From assembly GCA_034408725.1 (NCBI GenBank), contig JAWXCN010000083.1, positions 1 through 34,279 of the forward strand: 34,279 nucleotides of DNA, in the 5' to 3' direction. Positions 18,764 to 27,148 of the stretch are shown in pieces (position 1 is the stretch's first letter; each line of letters begins with the position of its first letter). Below the pieces are notes generated by a model. That model saw only the letters and a list, made by a program, of their open reading frames with translations, was not told the DNA's origin and did not search any database. A program made the position numbers and the translations under genes. Origin of the DNA: Candidatus Hydrogenedentota bacterium (lineage in GTDB: Bacteria; Hydrogenedentota; Hydrogenedentia; Hydrogenedentales; SLHB01).

Positions 18764-20209
18764 ATGTTACGGTCACTATTTCTTTCCATGTCCATCGCCA
18801 GCCTTTTCATGACGGTCACATGCGCGCATGCGCAACCGGAAGCACTCCAAATTGGGTCTCGCCTGCAATTGTTTGTCGATCACCACCTCATCGAATCACT
18901 CACCAGTTCCACGTTGAGGTTGCACCCTCCCTCTCCGGCTGAGACTGTCCTAAAGTTCGACGAACCGTGGGAAGGCATATACGGCGGATACGCCACTGTG
19001 ATAAAGGACGGCGAACTCTATCGCCTCTATTATCGCGGATTGCCGGACGCGTTGAATGACGGGTCGGCGTCAGAGTCTACGTGCTATGCGGTGAGCGTAG
19101 ATGGGATACATTTTTCCAAGCCCGAACTTGGCCTGTTCGAGGTCTATGGAACCACGCACAACAACGTAATCCTCCACGGGTTTGAGCCGCTATCGCATAA
19201 TTTTGCGCCGTTCCTTGATGCGCGCCCCGGCGTTGAACCTGGCCAGCGCTACAAAGCATTGGGCGGGACTTTGGAATCCGGGCTGGTCGCGTTTGTTTCC
19301 GCCGATGGTGTTCATTGGCAGAAAATCCAGGAAGAAGCCGTGATTACACAGGGCAGGTTTGATTCGCAAAATGTGGCGTTCTGGTCCGAGAGCGAGAATC
19401 AGTACGTGTGCTATTTACGGACACTCATCGACGACAGCATTCGCGCCGTGAGCAGATGCACGTCCCCGGATTTCATTACGTGGAGCGATATCGAACCGAT
19501 GGAGTATGGCGACGCTCCTATCGAACATTTATATACCAATCAGACCACGCCCTATTTCCGTGCGCCGGACCTCTATATCGCTATTGCCGCGCGATTCATG
19601 CCGGGCCGTCGCGTTGTATCCGAAGAAACCATGACGAAGCTGGGTGGCTTGGCGATGTACAGCGGCGATTGTTCGGATGCGGTGCTGCTTACGTCGCGCG
19701 GCGGCGCGCACTATGATCGGACGTTCATGGAAGCGTTCATCCGCCCAGGTATCGGCGCTAACAACTGGACATCTCGCACAAATTACCCTGCGCGCGGTGT
19801 CGTGCCCACCGGTCCAAATGAGATGTCGATGTATGTGCAGCGAAATTACGGACAGAACTCCCACCATCTGCAACGCCTAGTAATGCGTACTGATGGGTTT
19901 GCCTCGGTGAACGCGCCTTATGAAGGCGGAGAGATGATCACGAAGCCGCTTACCTTCGACGGTAGTCGACTCCTCCTCAATTTCGCGACCTCGGCCGCGG
20001 GAAGCATGTGGATTGAAATTCAGGACGCGGCAGGCGCGCCAATCCCCGGATTCACCCGCGAAGACTGCGATGAACTCATCGGCGACGAAATCGCGCGCGC
20101 CGTAACCTGGAAAGGCAACGCCGACGTTTCGTCGCTTGCCGCAAAGACCGTACGACTGCGTTTTGTCATGAGAGATGCGGACCTGTATTCGATTCAGTTC
20201 AAGAGTTGA
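18764..20209 (+). CDS. Secreted five-bladed beta-propeller glycoside-hydrolase-like protein with C-terminal beta-sandwich
   Basis: Signal peptide (AHA cleavage). GSRLQLFVD, EPWEG, YRLYYRG, Asp-box-like SVDGIHF / SADGVHW / SPDFITW, FDSQN, RTDGF. GGGAGG SD. Confidence 0.75.
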   Translation: MLRSLFLSMSIASLFMTVTCAHAQPEALQIGSRLQLFVDHHLIESLTSSTLRLHPPSPAETVLKFDEPWEGIYGGYATVIKDGELYRLYYRGLPDALNDGSASESTCYAVSVDGIHFSKPELGLFEVYGTTHNNVILHGFEPLSHNFAPFLDARPGVEPGQRYKALGGTLESGLVAFVSADGVHWQKIQEEAVITQGRFDSQNVAFWSESENQYVCYLRTLIDDSIRAVSRCTSPDFITWSDIEPMEYGDAPIEHLYTNQTTPYFRAPDLYIAIAARFMPGRRVVSEETMTKLGGLAMYSGDCSDAVLLTSRGGAHYDRTFMEAFIRPGIGANNWTSRTNYPARGVVPTGPNEMSMYVQRNYGQNSHHLQRLVMRTDGFASVNAPYEGGEMITKPLTFDGSRLLLNFATSAAGSMWIEIQDAAGAPIPGFTREDCDELIGDEIARAVTWKGNADVSSLAAKTVRLRFVMRDADLYSIQFKS

Positions 20210-20232
20210 GAAAATTTTTCGCGCGTTACCTA

Positions 20233-20308
20233 ACGGAGGGCGGGTTTTCATACCCGCCATTGATTTGTTTAATTAAAATTATGGCGGATAGGAAAACCCG
20301 CCCTCCGT
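20233..20308. repeat. Inverted pair of 28-bp GGAG-headed REP-like palindromes around an AT-rich spacer, between convergent genes
   Basis: ACGGAGGGCGGGTTTTCATACCCGCCAT (20233-20260) versus ATGGCGGATAGGAAAACCCGCCCTCCGT (20281-20308): 26/28 complementary, and each arm also folds on itself. Confidence 0.8.
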
Positions 20309-20329
20309 ATTAGAAATAAAACCACCCCA

Positions 20330-21979
20330 CTAACTTTTCGCCGGCTCCGATTCCTTCTCATCATGAGTAGGGGTGCCATTCGTTTTCTTGCCATCAGTCG
20401 TATCGCCCTGCAGTTTGATCATGGATTCGGGCAGTTCAATGCCGCCGATATCGCGCATCACCTGTAGCATGGGCGGAAGCGTGCGCGCCATGCCCTGGAT
20501 GAAGTTCGCGGTGCTGGAACCCTTTTCGCCGCCGCCTTCCCAGACGATGATTTTGTCGAACTTGATGTTCGAGATGGCCTTGGCCGCGGAATCGGCGAGA
20601 TTATCCAGGTGCTCGAGCATCAGCATTTGGAACGCCTGGTTCGGGCCGCCGCAGGCCTCGACAATGCGCTTCAAGCCTTCACCTTTCTTTGCAAGGATTT
20701 CATATTGGCCCTTGGCCTCGGCTTCGAGTTTTGCAAAGATCGCCGACGCTTCACCTTGCGCTTCGATCCGGCGCCGCTCTGATACTGCCTCGGCATCCAC
20801 GATGACTTGCGCCTTCATCGCCTTTGCCGGCGCTTCGAGTTGCGCGCGCCGCTCCGCTTCAATTCGCGCCGCTTCCGCGAGCGCGGCTTTGGCCATGGCA
20901 TGATTCTGCGCCTCAAGCACGGAAGCTTCGGCCTGGCGGCGGCGCGTTTCCGCAATCTGGTAAGCTTCTGCCTGTTTTACATGCAATTGCGCGTTTGATT
21001 CCGCCACCGTGGCAAGCGCCGTATTCTCTCCCGTGATTGCAACTGCATTCGCTTCCGCGATAGCGATGCGCTTCGTCCGTTCGGCGTCGGTTTCGCCCTT
21101 GACGGCCAGTGCTTCCGCCTCGGCGACGGAAACGCGCTTCATCCGCTCGGCTTCCTTTACCTGGGTTTCGCGCTGGTACGCCGCGGTTTGCTCGCCAATC
21201 TGCTGTTCCTTGTCCAGTTCGGCAACGCGCACGGCTTGCTCGCGTTGCGCCTCGCGGATACCAATGTTCCGCTGTTTGCTTGCATCGGCCACCTGCACCT
21301 GCTTGTCGCGATCGGCCTGCGCCACACGCACTTCGCCGAGCTTCACTTCTTCCGCCACGTCGCCGCGCGCCTGCTGCACCGCCTGCGACGCGGCCTTTTG
21401 TCCGATGGCCTCGATGTAGCCGGACTCGTCGGTGATGTCGGTGATATTCACGTTAATCAGCACGAGACCAATCTTGCGCAGCTCGGGTTCGAGGGATTGC
21501 TGAATGCTGTGGAGGAATTTTTCGCGGTCTTTGTTGATCTCTTCGATGCTCATCGAAGCGATCACCTGACGCAATTGGCCGAAAATGATATCTTCCGCCT
21601 GCTTCTTGACCTGCAGGACGTTGAGCCCGAGCAAGCGAATTGCGGCATTCTGCATGTATTCTTTTTGCGTGCCGATTGCGACAGTAAACACGCTGGGCAC
21701 GTTCACGCGGATATTCTCCGCGGATAGTGCATCTTTCAAGGGCACCTCAATCTGAATGGGTTCAAGACTGAGATACGCGAAATCCTGCAACAATGGCAGC
21801 ACGAAAGCCGCGCCGCCGTGTACGCACCGCGCCGACTCGCCGCCCGAGACCTTACCGAAGATAACGAGCACGCGATTGCTGGGACAGCGTTTGAAGCGCT
21901 TCGCGACAAAAATCACCAAGCTTGTGAACAGCACGCCGATCAACAGGATGATTATGGCGAGACCCATTCCCCATTCCAT
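20330..21979 (-). CDS. Flotillin / SPFH (band 7) family protein
   Basis: N-terminal TM. RFKRCPSNRVLVIFG, VHGGAAFVLPLLQ, GQLRQVIASMSIEEINKDREKF, DESGYIEAIG, long AEA-rich coiled coil, AISNIKFDKIIVW. Confidence 0.93.
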   Translation of the reverse strand: MEWGMGLAIIILLIGVLFTSLVIFVAKRFKRCPSNRVLVIFGKVSGGESARCVHGGAAFVLPLLQDFAYLSLEPIQIEVPLKDALSAENIRVNVPSVFTVAIGTQKEYMQNAAIRLLGLNVLQVKKQAEDIIFGQLRQVIASMSIEEINKDREKFLHSIQQSLEPELRKIGLVLINVNITDITDESGYIEAIGQKAASQAVQQARGDVAEEVKLGEVRVAQADRDKQVQVADASKQRNIGIREAQREQAVRVAELDKEQQIGEQTAAYQRETQVKEAERMKRVSVAEAEALAVKGETDAERTKRIAIAEANAVAITGENTALATVAESNAQLHVKQAEAYQIAETRRRQAEASVLEAQNHAMAKAALAEAARIEAERRAQLEAPAKAMKAQVIVDAEAVSERRRIEAQGEASAIFAKLEAEAKGQYEILAKKGEGLKRIVEACGGPNQAFQMLMLEHLDNLADSAAKAISNIKFDKIIVWEGGGEKGSSTANFIQGMARTLPPMLQVMRDIGGIELPESMIKLQGDTTDGKKTNGTPTHDEKESEPAKS

Positions 21980-22560
21980 TATTCCAACTCCTCCACGCGC
22001 GGTAATGGCCGCACTTCCAATGTGTCTTCATCCACTACGCCCACAACAATTATCGGTGAACCGGTCGGAAGGAAATCCTCCGCGGTCACTGCCGCATATT
22101 CCATCGTGCGTTCCTGCACGTTTACATGGACTTTTCCAACGCCGTTTTTTTGCGCGGGAACCGAAAGGTAGACCCTGCCTTCCGCGCCGATTGCGCGATC
22201 GATTTCAACATTGCCTTCGGAGTGCAGGCTGGCCAGCGCGCGCATAACCCACGCCACGACGTACATTGCCAGCAACCCGGCGCCGGAAGCGATGCCAAAG
22301 GTGAACAACGTGCTGAGGCCGCCGACGTGCGCCGTGTATCCGCTCCAGCCGAAGAAAGTTACCGCGGCAACGACCGCGCGAAAACTGAGCATCTTGAAGA
22401 ACATCGACGCATCGTCGTGGCCGACTTCGCCGTCGTGGCCCGCATCGAAATCGTGGCCGCCATCGACAGCATGGTGATCGGCGCCGAAAATGGAGAAAAG
22501 GAATTGAAGAATAAGAATGGTCGAACCTGCCGCACCCAGGATCAGATAGACAGTTGCCAC
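21979..22560 (-). CDS. NfeD-like (NfeD2/YqiJ-type) membrane partner of flotillin
   Basis: GTG 22560 with GGAGG SD. Three TM segments with a His/Asp-rich loop and a C-terminal OB-fold pattern (IGAEGRVYLSVP...GVGKVHV...EYAAVT...LPTGSPIIVV). Stop overlaps the flotillin start (TAATG). Confidence 0.88.
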   Translation of the reverse strand: MATVYLILGAAGSTILILQFLFSIFGADHHAVDGGHDFDAGHDGEVGHDDASMFFKMLSFRAVVAAVTFFGWSGYTAHVGGLSTLFTFGIASGAGLLAMYVVAWVMRALASLHSEGNVEIDRAIGAEGRVYLSVPAQKNGVGKVHVNVQERTMEYAAVTAEDFLPTGSPIIVVGVVDEDTLEVRPLPRVEELE

Positions 22561-22676
22561 TTGGCTTGCCTCCGACAGCGCCCGAAAGCGCCATACCGAC
22601 CACACCGGCAGCGTCAACAATTGACCTGCGGCACAGCTAGCCCGGGGGTTACCCGAATTCGCACCCATCCAATAAA

Positions 22677-22705
22677 ACTATACGATATGCGCACCCCCAG
22701 CGCAA
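22677..22705 (-). promoter_or_regulatory. Candidate sigma70 promoter TTGCGC-N17-TATAGT for the nfeD-flotillin operon
   Basis: Hexamers with 17-nt spacing, about 115 nt upstream of GTG 22560. Confidence 0.4.
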
Positions 22706-23060
22706 CGAACGAAAAGTCGGCGGCCTCAGGGGGGTGTCGCGAATTTTTTTTGACGAAACAAGGGGGTGCAGGCTGAGGCAAAACGCGATGGCCGGGTACC
22801 GTAAATCTCGCCTTGAATCGTGAAAGCGCTCCGGTGCCTTAGAGTTAGCGACGACGTAGTCGAAAGAACCCGATAATAATGGGCTTGCACTGGGAACTCG
22901 CGGAATGACGGTGTGATCCGGCTGGCAGATTCGATAACTCTTATGGCCGGAATAAGTGGTGTGGGTCGCCATGGCGGATACATTCTGGTAGCTTGGAATA
23001 GCGCTCCTATATATTCGCCCACAGTGTTGCACTGCGGCAGGGAGACCGGGGAATTCATCT

Positions 23061-23490
23061 TTAGCGAGCTATAGACAGTGGCGTTGTATCCTTCTGCTCA
23101 AAGGGGCACAAGGGCCGCTCGCACGGCTCCATCTTCGCCAAATCGGCACCCGCGCACGGACACGACTTCCACACCGGAAAATGCTCGCCGCACACCATCA
23201 ACCGCCGCGAGTACAACCCTTGCCCCCACCGCGTTCCGGTTCACCTTCGGCGCGCCCGTCAAATCAAACCCGCCATGAAACCTGCACCGGCCAGAAGCGT
23301 GATCGCTCTCCAACGTGCATACCGTCCCCGCCTGCGTCCGCGCGCCGCAGATGCGCCGGTTCAGGGTCTGTTCGGTGGCATGGACTTTTTCGATCCAGGC
23401 ATAGTCCCATAGTTTTGAGTATGGCGTTCCGCAGGATGTGCAAAGCGGGATTTGGTCGTTTCGGGACTGGGCTGTGGTTGTCGTGTCCAT
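23061..23490 (-). pseudogene. Frameshifted HGGxSTG-domain-like gene with Cys-rich extensions
   Basis: CGARTQAGTVC...GRCRFHGGFDLTGAPKVNRNAVG. Removing one base from the G5 run (23227-23223) continues as QGLYSRRLMVCGEHFPVWKSCPCAG...CERPLCPFEQ, the expected '(H)GLYS' continuation, to TAA at 23061. Confidence 0.7.
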
Positions 23491-23578
23491 TGATGAAGTC
23501 CTTCATCAAATAGGCCAAGGCGTTGCAGTGGGATTAAAATATGGGGTTTTGAGGGTTTTTCGTAGATTCCGGCGGGGA

Positions 23579-23608
23579 ATGGACGGACATGGACGGGTAT
23601 GGACGGGC
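23579..23608 (+). repeat. Three tandem 10-bp units ATGGACGG(AC/GT/GC)
   Basis: ATGGACGGAC-ATGGACGGGT-ATGGACGGGC, read directly. Confidence 0.7.
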
Positions 23609-23764
23609 ACTAACAGGCAACAGAGCAGACCCGGAAGGGCATAGTCTTCCGATGGAGACAGGGTACGATAGCCGAAATAGACTAATGGATGCGATAGACG
23701 AGTGAACGGGCAGACGGTATAGTAAGTTTATCGAGCCAAATTACTGGCGGCAAGGAAACCAATA

Positions 23765-25363
23765 ATGAGTATCTCACGCCTGATTCTTTTCTTTTTCTGT
23801 TGTCTGACAGCAAGTGCAGAGATACAAAATATTCACATAGTCCAAGACACAGACCGGTTAGCGCGCGTCACTCAAGAATTTACGTATACGAAGAACAATA
23901 TTACGCTTCCGGCATTCCGGCTGGGGCCGTGTGTCATTGAAACTACACTTGCCAAGGGGAAACGTTTTCACCGATATAATGAGGTTGTGCTGGATAACAT
24001 CTGGATTCCCGAACCAGAAAAAGTTAAGAATCAGCAGCACGTTCGAACATTTTTCACTTTTTATGCACGAACTATTGCACTTTCCAAGGACGCGCAAACA
24101 AGACTTTCCCTCATAACGTCAATAAATCACGAGCGAACATTGGTCATCGACGATCCGAGTGAGGTTTGGCGGCTATATCTGATCGATTTGAAGAATTATT
24201 TGGGCAAGGGGATTTCAGTAGCTTTTAGAGGTCCAAGTCTCGACAATTCGCGCGGAAGCGGTGTACGGTTGGAGGTCGCGTTGCCACGGATAGTTATCTG
24301 GCATGGTCCATACTATGGAGGGGGATTATCGAAACGTTCGCCCGGGCGACATGGTGCCAGCAGGGTTGACGCAGAAACGGAAGCTCCTTACCCTTCCATT
24401 AACCCCGCTGATATAGCCGGCGGGCCTCTAATTATCGAAATGTTCGATTTTGTCCAGACGTCTACGCTGCAACTTGTATCAACGGTTCAAGACAACCGAT
24501 ACAAATTTCCAAGTGGGATATATTACACAGCTCTCCGGCTCGGCAGTAAAATCGATAAAGGATATGTTCAACGGGTTATTGACGGTGAGATTGAGATATT
24601 AGGTACCCAAATTGTTCCGGACTTTACGCTGAATGACGATGCACGATTGTTGGAAATTGAGGAAAAACTAAGGGCAATAGAGGCCAATGTAACTGATGGT
24701 ACCGAAGCTGAGACGGACCGAAAAAAGATCGATTCGGTACTCGAAAATACGCTCATGTATTTTGGCGACACAACAGTTACCGACCTCTTGCAACGCTTTC
24801 CCGGAGAAGTTGTTGCCACGTATTTGATAGGGATAGTCGATGACCCTGGAGAGGATCGTTGGGTACGGCAGAAGGCGATTGCGTGGCTGAGTAGAACCGG
24901 GGATCCGAGGGTCGAGAAAAAACTTCGCGAATACATCGATCCTTTTATCGCTGTAAATGAGGCAACGCTTTCTCAGACAGATTACATGCTTCTACACGCG
25001 GCCATCATGAGTATAGGCCATGCTCGCAGCCAGTCAGCGCTGGACTACCTCTGCGACATCGCGCGACATGAGTTCTGGGACCAAAAGAATATCACTATCC
25101 CAGAAATGAATTGGCCAAAAGAACAACTAGAGCGGCATATGCGACACACAGCGCTTTGGGGTGTGGCGAGATCGGGGACGGATCGCGGGGTTCAGTTTTT
25201 CAATTCGGGATCAAATCCCATGCCCGATATATTGCGCTCCGAAGAGTTTGCCCAATTATTGAAAATGAGCAAACTTTACCGCCAAGGCATATTCACCGAT
25301 CCCGAAAATAGTGGCAATGATGTCAGTGACAATGTGCCCGATGTCACGGCAAACGTTAAGTGA
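23765..25363 (+). CDS. Hypothetical secreted protein with C-terminal HEAT/PBS-lyase-like helical repeats
   Basis: 532-aa ORF, AAGGA SD, signal peptide (ASA/E). Repeats VRQKAIAWLSRTGDPRV, HAAIMSIGHARSQSALDYL, HTALWGVARSGTDRGV. AT-richer than the flanks. Confidence 0.75.
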   Translation: MSISRLILFFFCCLTASAEIQNIHIVQDTDRLARVTQEFTYTKNNITLPAFRLGPCVIETTLAKGKRFHRYNEVVLDNIWIPEPEKVKNQQHVRTFFTFYARTIALSKDAQTRLSLITSINHERTLVIDDPSEVWRLYLIDLKNYLGKGISVAFRGPSLDNSRGSGVRLEVALPRIVIWHGPYYGGGLSKRSPGRHGASRVDAETEAPYPSINPADIAGGPLIIEMFDFVQTSTLQLVSTVQDNRYKFPSGIYYTALRLGSKIDKGYVQRVIDGEIEILGTQIVPDFTLNDDARLLEIEEKLRAIEANVTDGTEAETDRKKIDSVLENTLMYFGDTTVTDLLQRFPGEVVATYLIGIVDDPGEDRWVRQKAIAWLSRTGDPRVEKKLREYIDPFIAVNEATLSQTDYMLLHAAIMSIGHARSQSALDYLCDIARHEFWDQKNITIPEMNWPKEQLERHMRHTALWGVARSGTDRGVQFFNSGSNPMPDILRSEEFAQLLKMSKLYRQGIFTDPENSGNDVSDNVPDVTANVK

Positions 25364-25416
25364 TTGTAGTTTGCGACGTAGCATGCGCCCTTTTACGCCT
25401 ATTAATAAAACTAAAC

Positions 25417-25436
25417 AATAGGTGGCTGTCCCTATT
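25417..25436. repeat. Short REP-like palindrome AATAGG-TGGCTGTC-CCTATT
   Basis: 6-bp perfect arms around an 8-nt core. Contains the stop codon that ends the antitoxin-like ORF. Confidence 0.5.
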
Positions 25437-25587
25437 TTCCCCGATTTTCGCGCGCGCGGAGTACGTCTTCGTGCCAGGCACGCGACGGTACGTCGGCGGA
25501 TTCTTTTAGAAGGTCTTCCCAAATTGTTTTAATCGCGCGCAGTTTTTCAGCGACCGACATTTTGTCGAGCGGTATGACAACATCCAT
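25432..25587 (-). pseudogene. Truncated putative addiction-module antitoxin component (TIGR02574/Unstab_antitox-like), 51 aa, not in the ORF track
   Basis: AGGAGG SD, then MDVVIPLDKMSVAEKLRAIKTIWEDLLKESADVPSRAWHEDVLRARENRGK*. Matches the family pattern 'MS..EKL.....LWE.L.......P.WH...L..R' but lacks the last ~20 residues, and no toxin gene follows. Confidence 0.75.
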
Positions 25588-25834
25588 GGCGTATGACCTC
25601 CTGAGTAGTCCATCGTAATTGAAAGACGGTTTGGAAACAACTGTTTCGGCAGAATGGGTTGTAGCGAAATTTGATTAAGCGCATCTGGCGGGCATGTGAC
25701 GTAAATACCCGAATACGCCTGCTAAGCCGCATCGGACATTTGATAGCTTGCGCCTATTTGGTCCGATTTCTTGTTGGGTCGGGAACGCCAACGGCAATGG
25801 CGGCGCCTACCTCTAAAAGGTTAAAATTCTCACA

Positions 25835-26860
25835 ATGATTACGCATCGAAAGTCCCGCTCATGGCGCGCCATCGCGGGTGTACTGTGCATTTGCGTGTGC
25901 TCTCTGATCGTTTTTTGCATATGGTACGCTCACTCGAACGACATCGCTATCGGCAGTCGAACTAACCGTGATGTCAACACTGCGGGGATTGCGGAGGTTA
26001 GAATGTTGACCGTTGAGGTTGAACCTCCCGGCGGCGGCTTTGTGATCCCCGAAAGTGGCGAATTTAAGTTGAACGAAACCATTACTTTGTCTGCCAGGCC
26101 CGCGAACGGCGATTGGTTCTTCGAGACCTGGAGCGGGCAAGTGGATCCAGACGCGGATTGGTCCGACACGAAAACAACTGTAACCATGGATAAAAACCGC
26201 ACTATAAGCGCGCATTTCTTTGAACGTCCAGGACTATTGAAAATCGACATGTTCGGCGACATGGAATTTTCCCTGGCATCGATCGATTCCTCTAATGATC
26301 TATATACTTTTGATTTAAACGAAATCTCCTACAATGATGACGCCGCGCCTAAATTCGTAGCTAATGGAGTACCCGACGCAGTTGAACTACATCTCCTTGA
26401 AGCTGTGTTGCGCAATCCAAAACTTTCGCTGACAGCACGATCCGGCATTGGCCATATTTTCGCTTGGGAAGCTTGGCGAACGAATCTATTGCGAATACAA
26501 CGCGACGCACCCAATATTGACGCACGTATTCAACGAGTAGTTGCCGGTTACATAACACTCGGAGACTACATGTCAGTCGAGTTCATCCCAAAAGGCCTGG
26601 CGACACATTTTCAGGTCACCGGCATAGACTCAGAGAACTATGATCGTTCGATGTCACGTTATTTAACTTATAATGAAGATGCGGACAACGATGGTTTTTT
26701 GAACAATGAGGAGTGGGGACATTCGATCTCAACATTGTGGCCTGAAAGAGCCGACGTATATGTTGCGATTGCACTTCAACCCCGTCAAAACAATCCCCGC
26801 GCGCCACAACTCCCCCTAGCGCCCATCGATCCAAATGTGACCTATTCGCGTACGCAATGA
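25835..26860 (+). CDS. Membrane-anchored hypothetical protein with an InlB B-repeat-like domain and a C-terminal Asp-rich domain
   Basis: N-terminal TM. LTVEVEPPGGG.V.P..G......ITLSARP...WFFETWSG......TTVTMDKNRTISAHF is the bacterial B-repeat pattern. C-half has NGVPDAVEL and DADNDGFLNNEE (DxDxDG Ca-binding-like). Confidence 0.75.
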   Translation: MITHRKSRSWRAIAGVLCICVCSLIVFCIWYAHSNDIAIGSRTNRDVNTAGIAEVRMLTVEVEPPGGGFVIPESGEFKLNETITLSARPANGDWFFETWSGQVDPDADWSDTKTTVTMDKNRTISAHFFERPGLLKIDMFGDMEFSLASIDSSNDLYTFDLNEISYNDDAAPKFVANGVPDAVELHLLEAVLRNPKLSLTARSGIGHIFAWEAWRTNLLRIQRDAPNIDARIQRVVAGYITLGDYMSVEFIPKGLATHFQVTGIDSENYDRSMSRYLTYNEDADNDGFLNNEEWGHSISTLWPERADVYVAIALQPRQNNPRAPQLPLAPIDPNVTYSRTQ

Positions 26861-26913
26861 AAAAAGGGAGATACTAACCTCTCGGTAGCCGCGTCGGTGC
26901 GAGATGTTAGTAT
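26861..26913 (-). terminator. 14-bp stem-loop, possible terminator
   Basis: ATACTAACCTCTCG (26871-26884) pairs with CGAGATGTTAGTAT (26900-26913) at 13/14. On the minus strand a T6 run follows 5 nt after the stem. Confidence 0.4.
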
Positions 26914-26991
26914 GAGTCGAAGAAGTTGCCACGGATCAAGTTCCAGATTCCTCGCTGACCACTCAGAATAACGTAAAATTGGCGGGCAGCT

Positions 26992-27127
26992 TTACGACCC
27001 AATATACGCCTCAATCGATTCCCGCAGCGTTCTAATATTCAGGCGCGTTTGGCGGGGTCGGATTCGAGGAGGGTCACGCGGAAGCCGTCGTGGGCGCATT
27101 GGAAGCCGGTGAGGGGGGCGGCGACGA
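26992..27127 (-). pseudogene. Degenerate duplicate of the 3' end (~45 codons) of the aminotransferase gene (direct repeat of 28329-28465)
   Basis: 74-bp core 27043-27116 equals 28381-28454 with one mismatch. Reads ..PLTGFQCAHDGFRVTLLESDPAKRA*I.(1-nt deletion)TLRESIEAYIGS*. Confidence 0.9.
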
Positions 27128-27148
27128 ACTCAACCCAATGCTGTGAAA

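Noticed and set aside
22613-22625. GTCAA-N3-TTGAC palindrome as an operator in the nfeD leader
   Set aside because: Only 5-bp arms, a single instance and no cognate regulator in the window; compatible with chance.
22649-23058. ORFs of 110-127 aa or a structured ncRNA upstream of nfeD
   Set aside because: No recognisable motif, SD or long stable stem. It may be further-decayed pseudogene sequence but this cannot be supported.
23061-23490. Prophage (terminase small subunit region)
   Set aside because: No terminase large subunit, portal, capsid or integrase nearby; only a relic gene.
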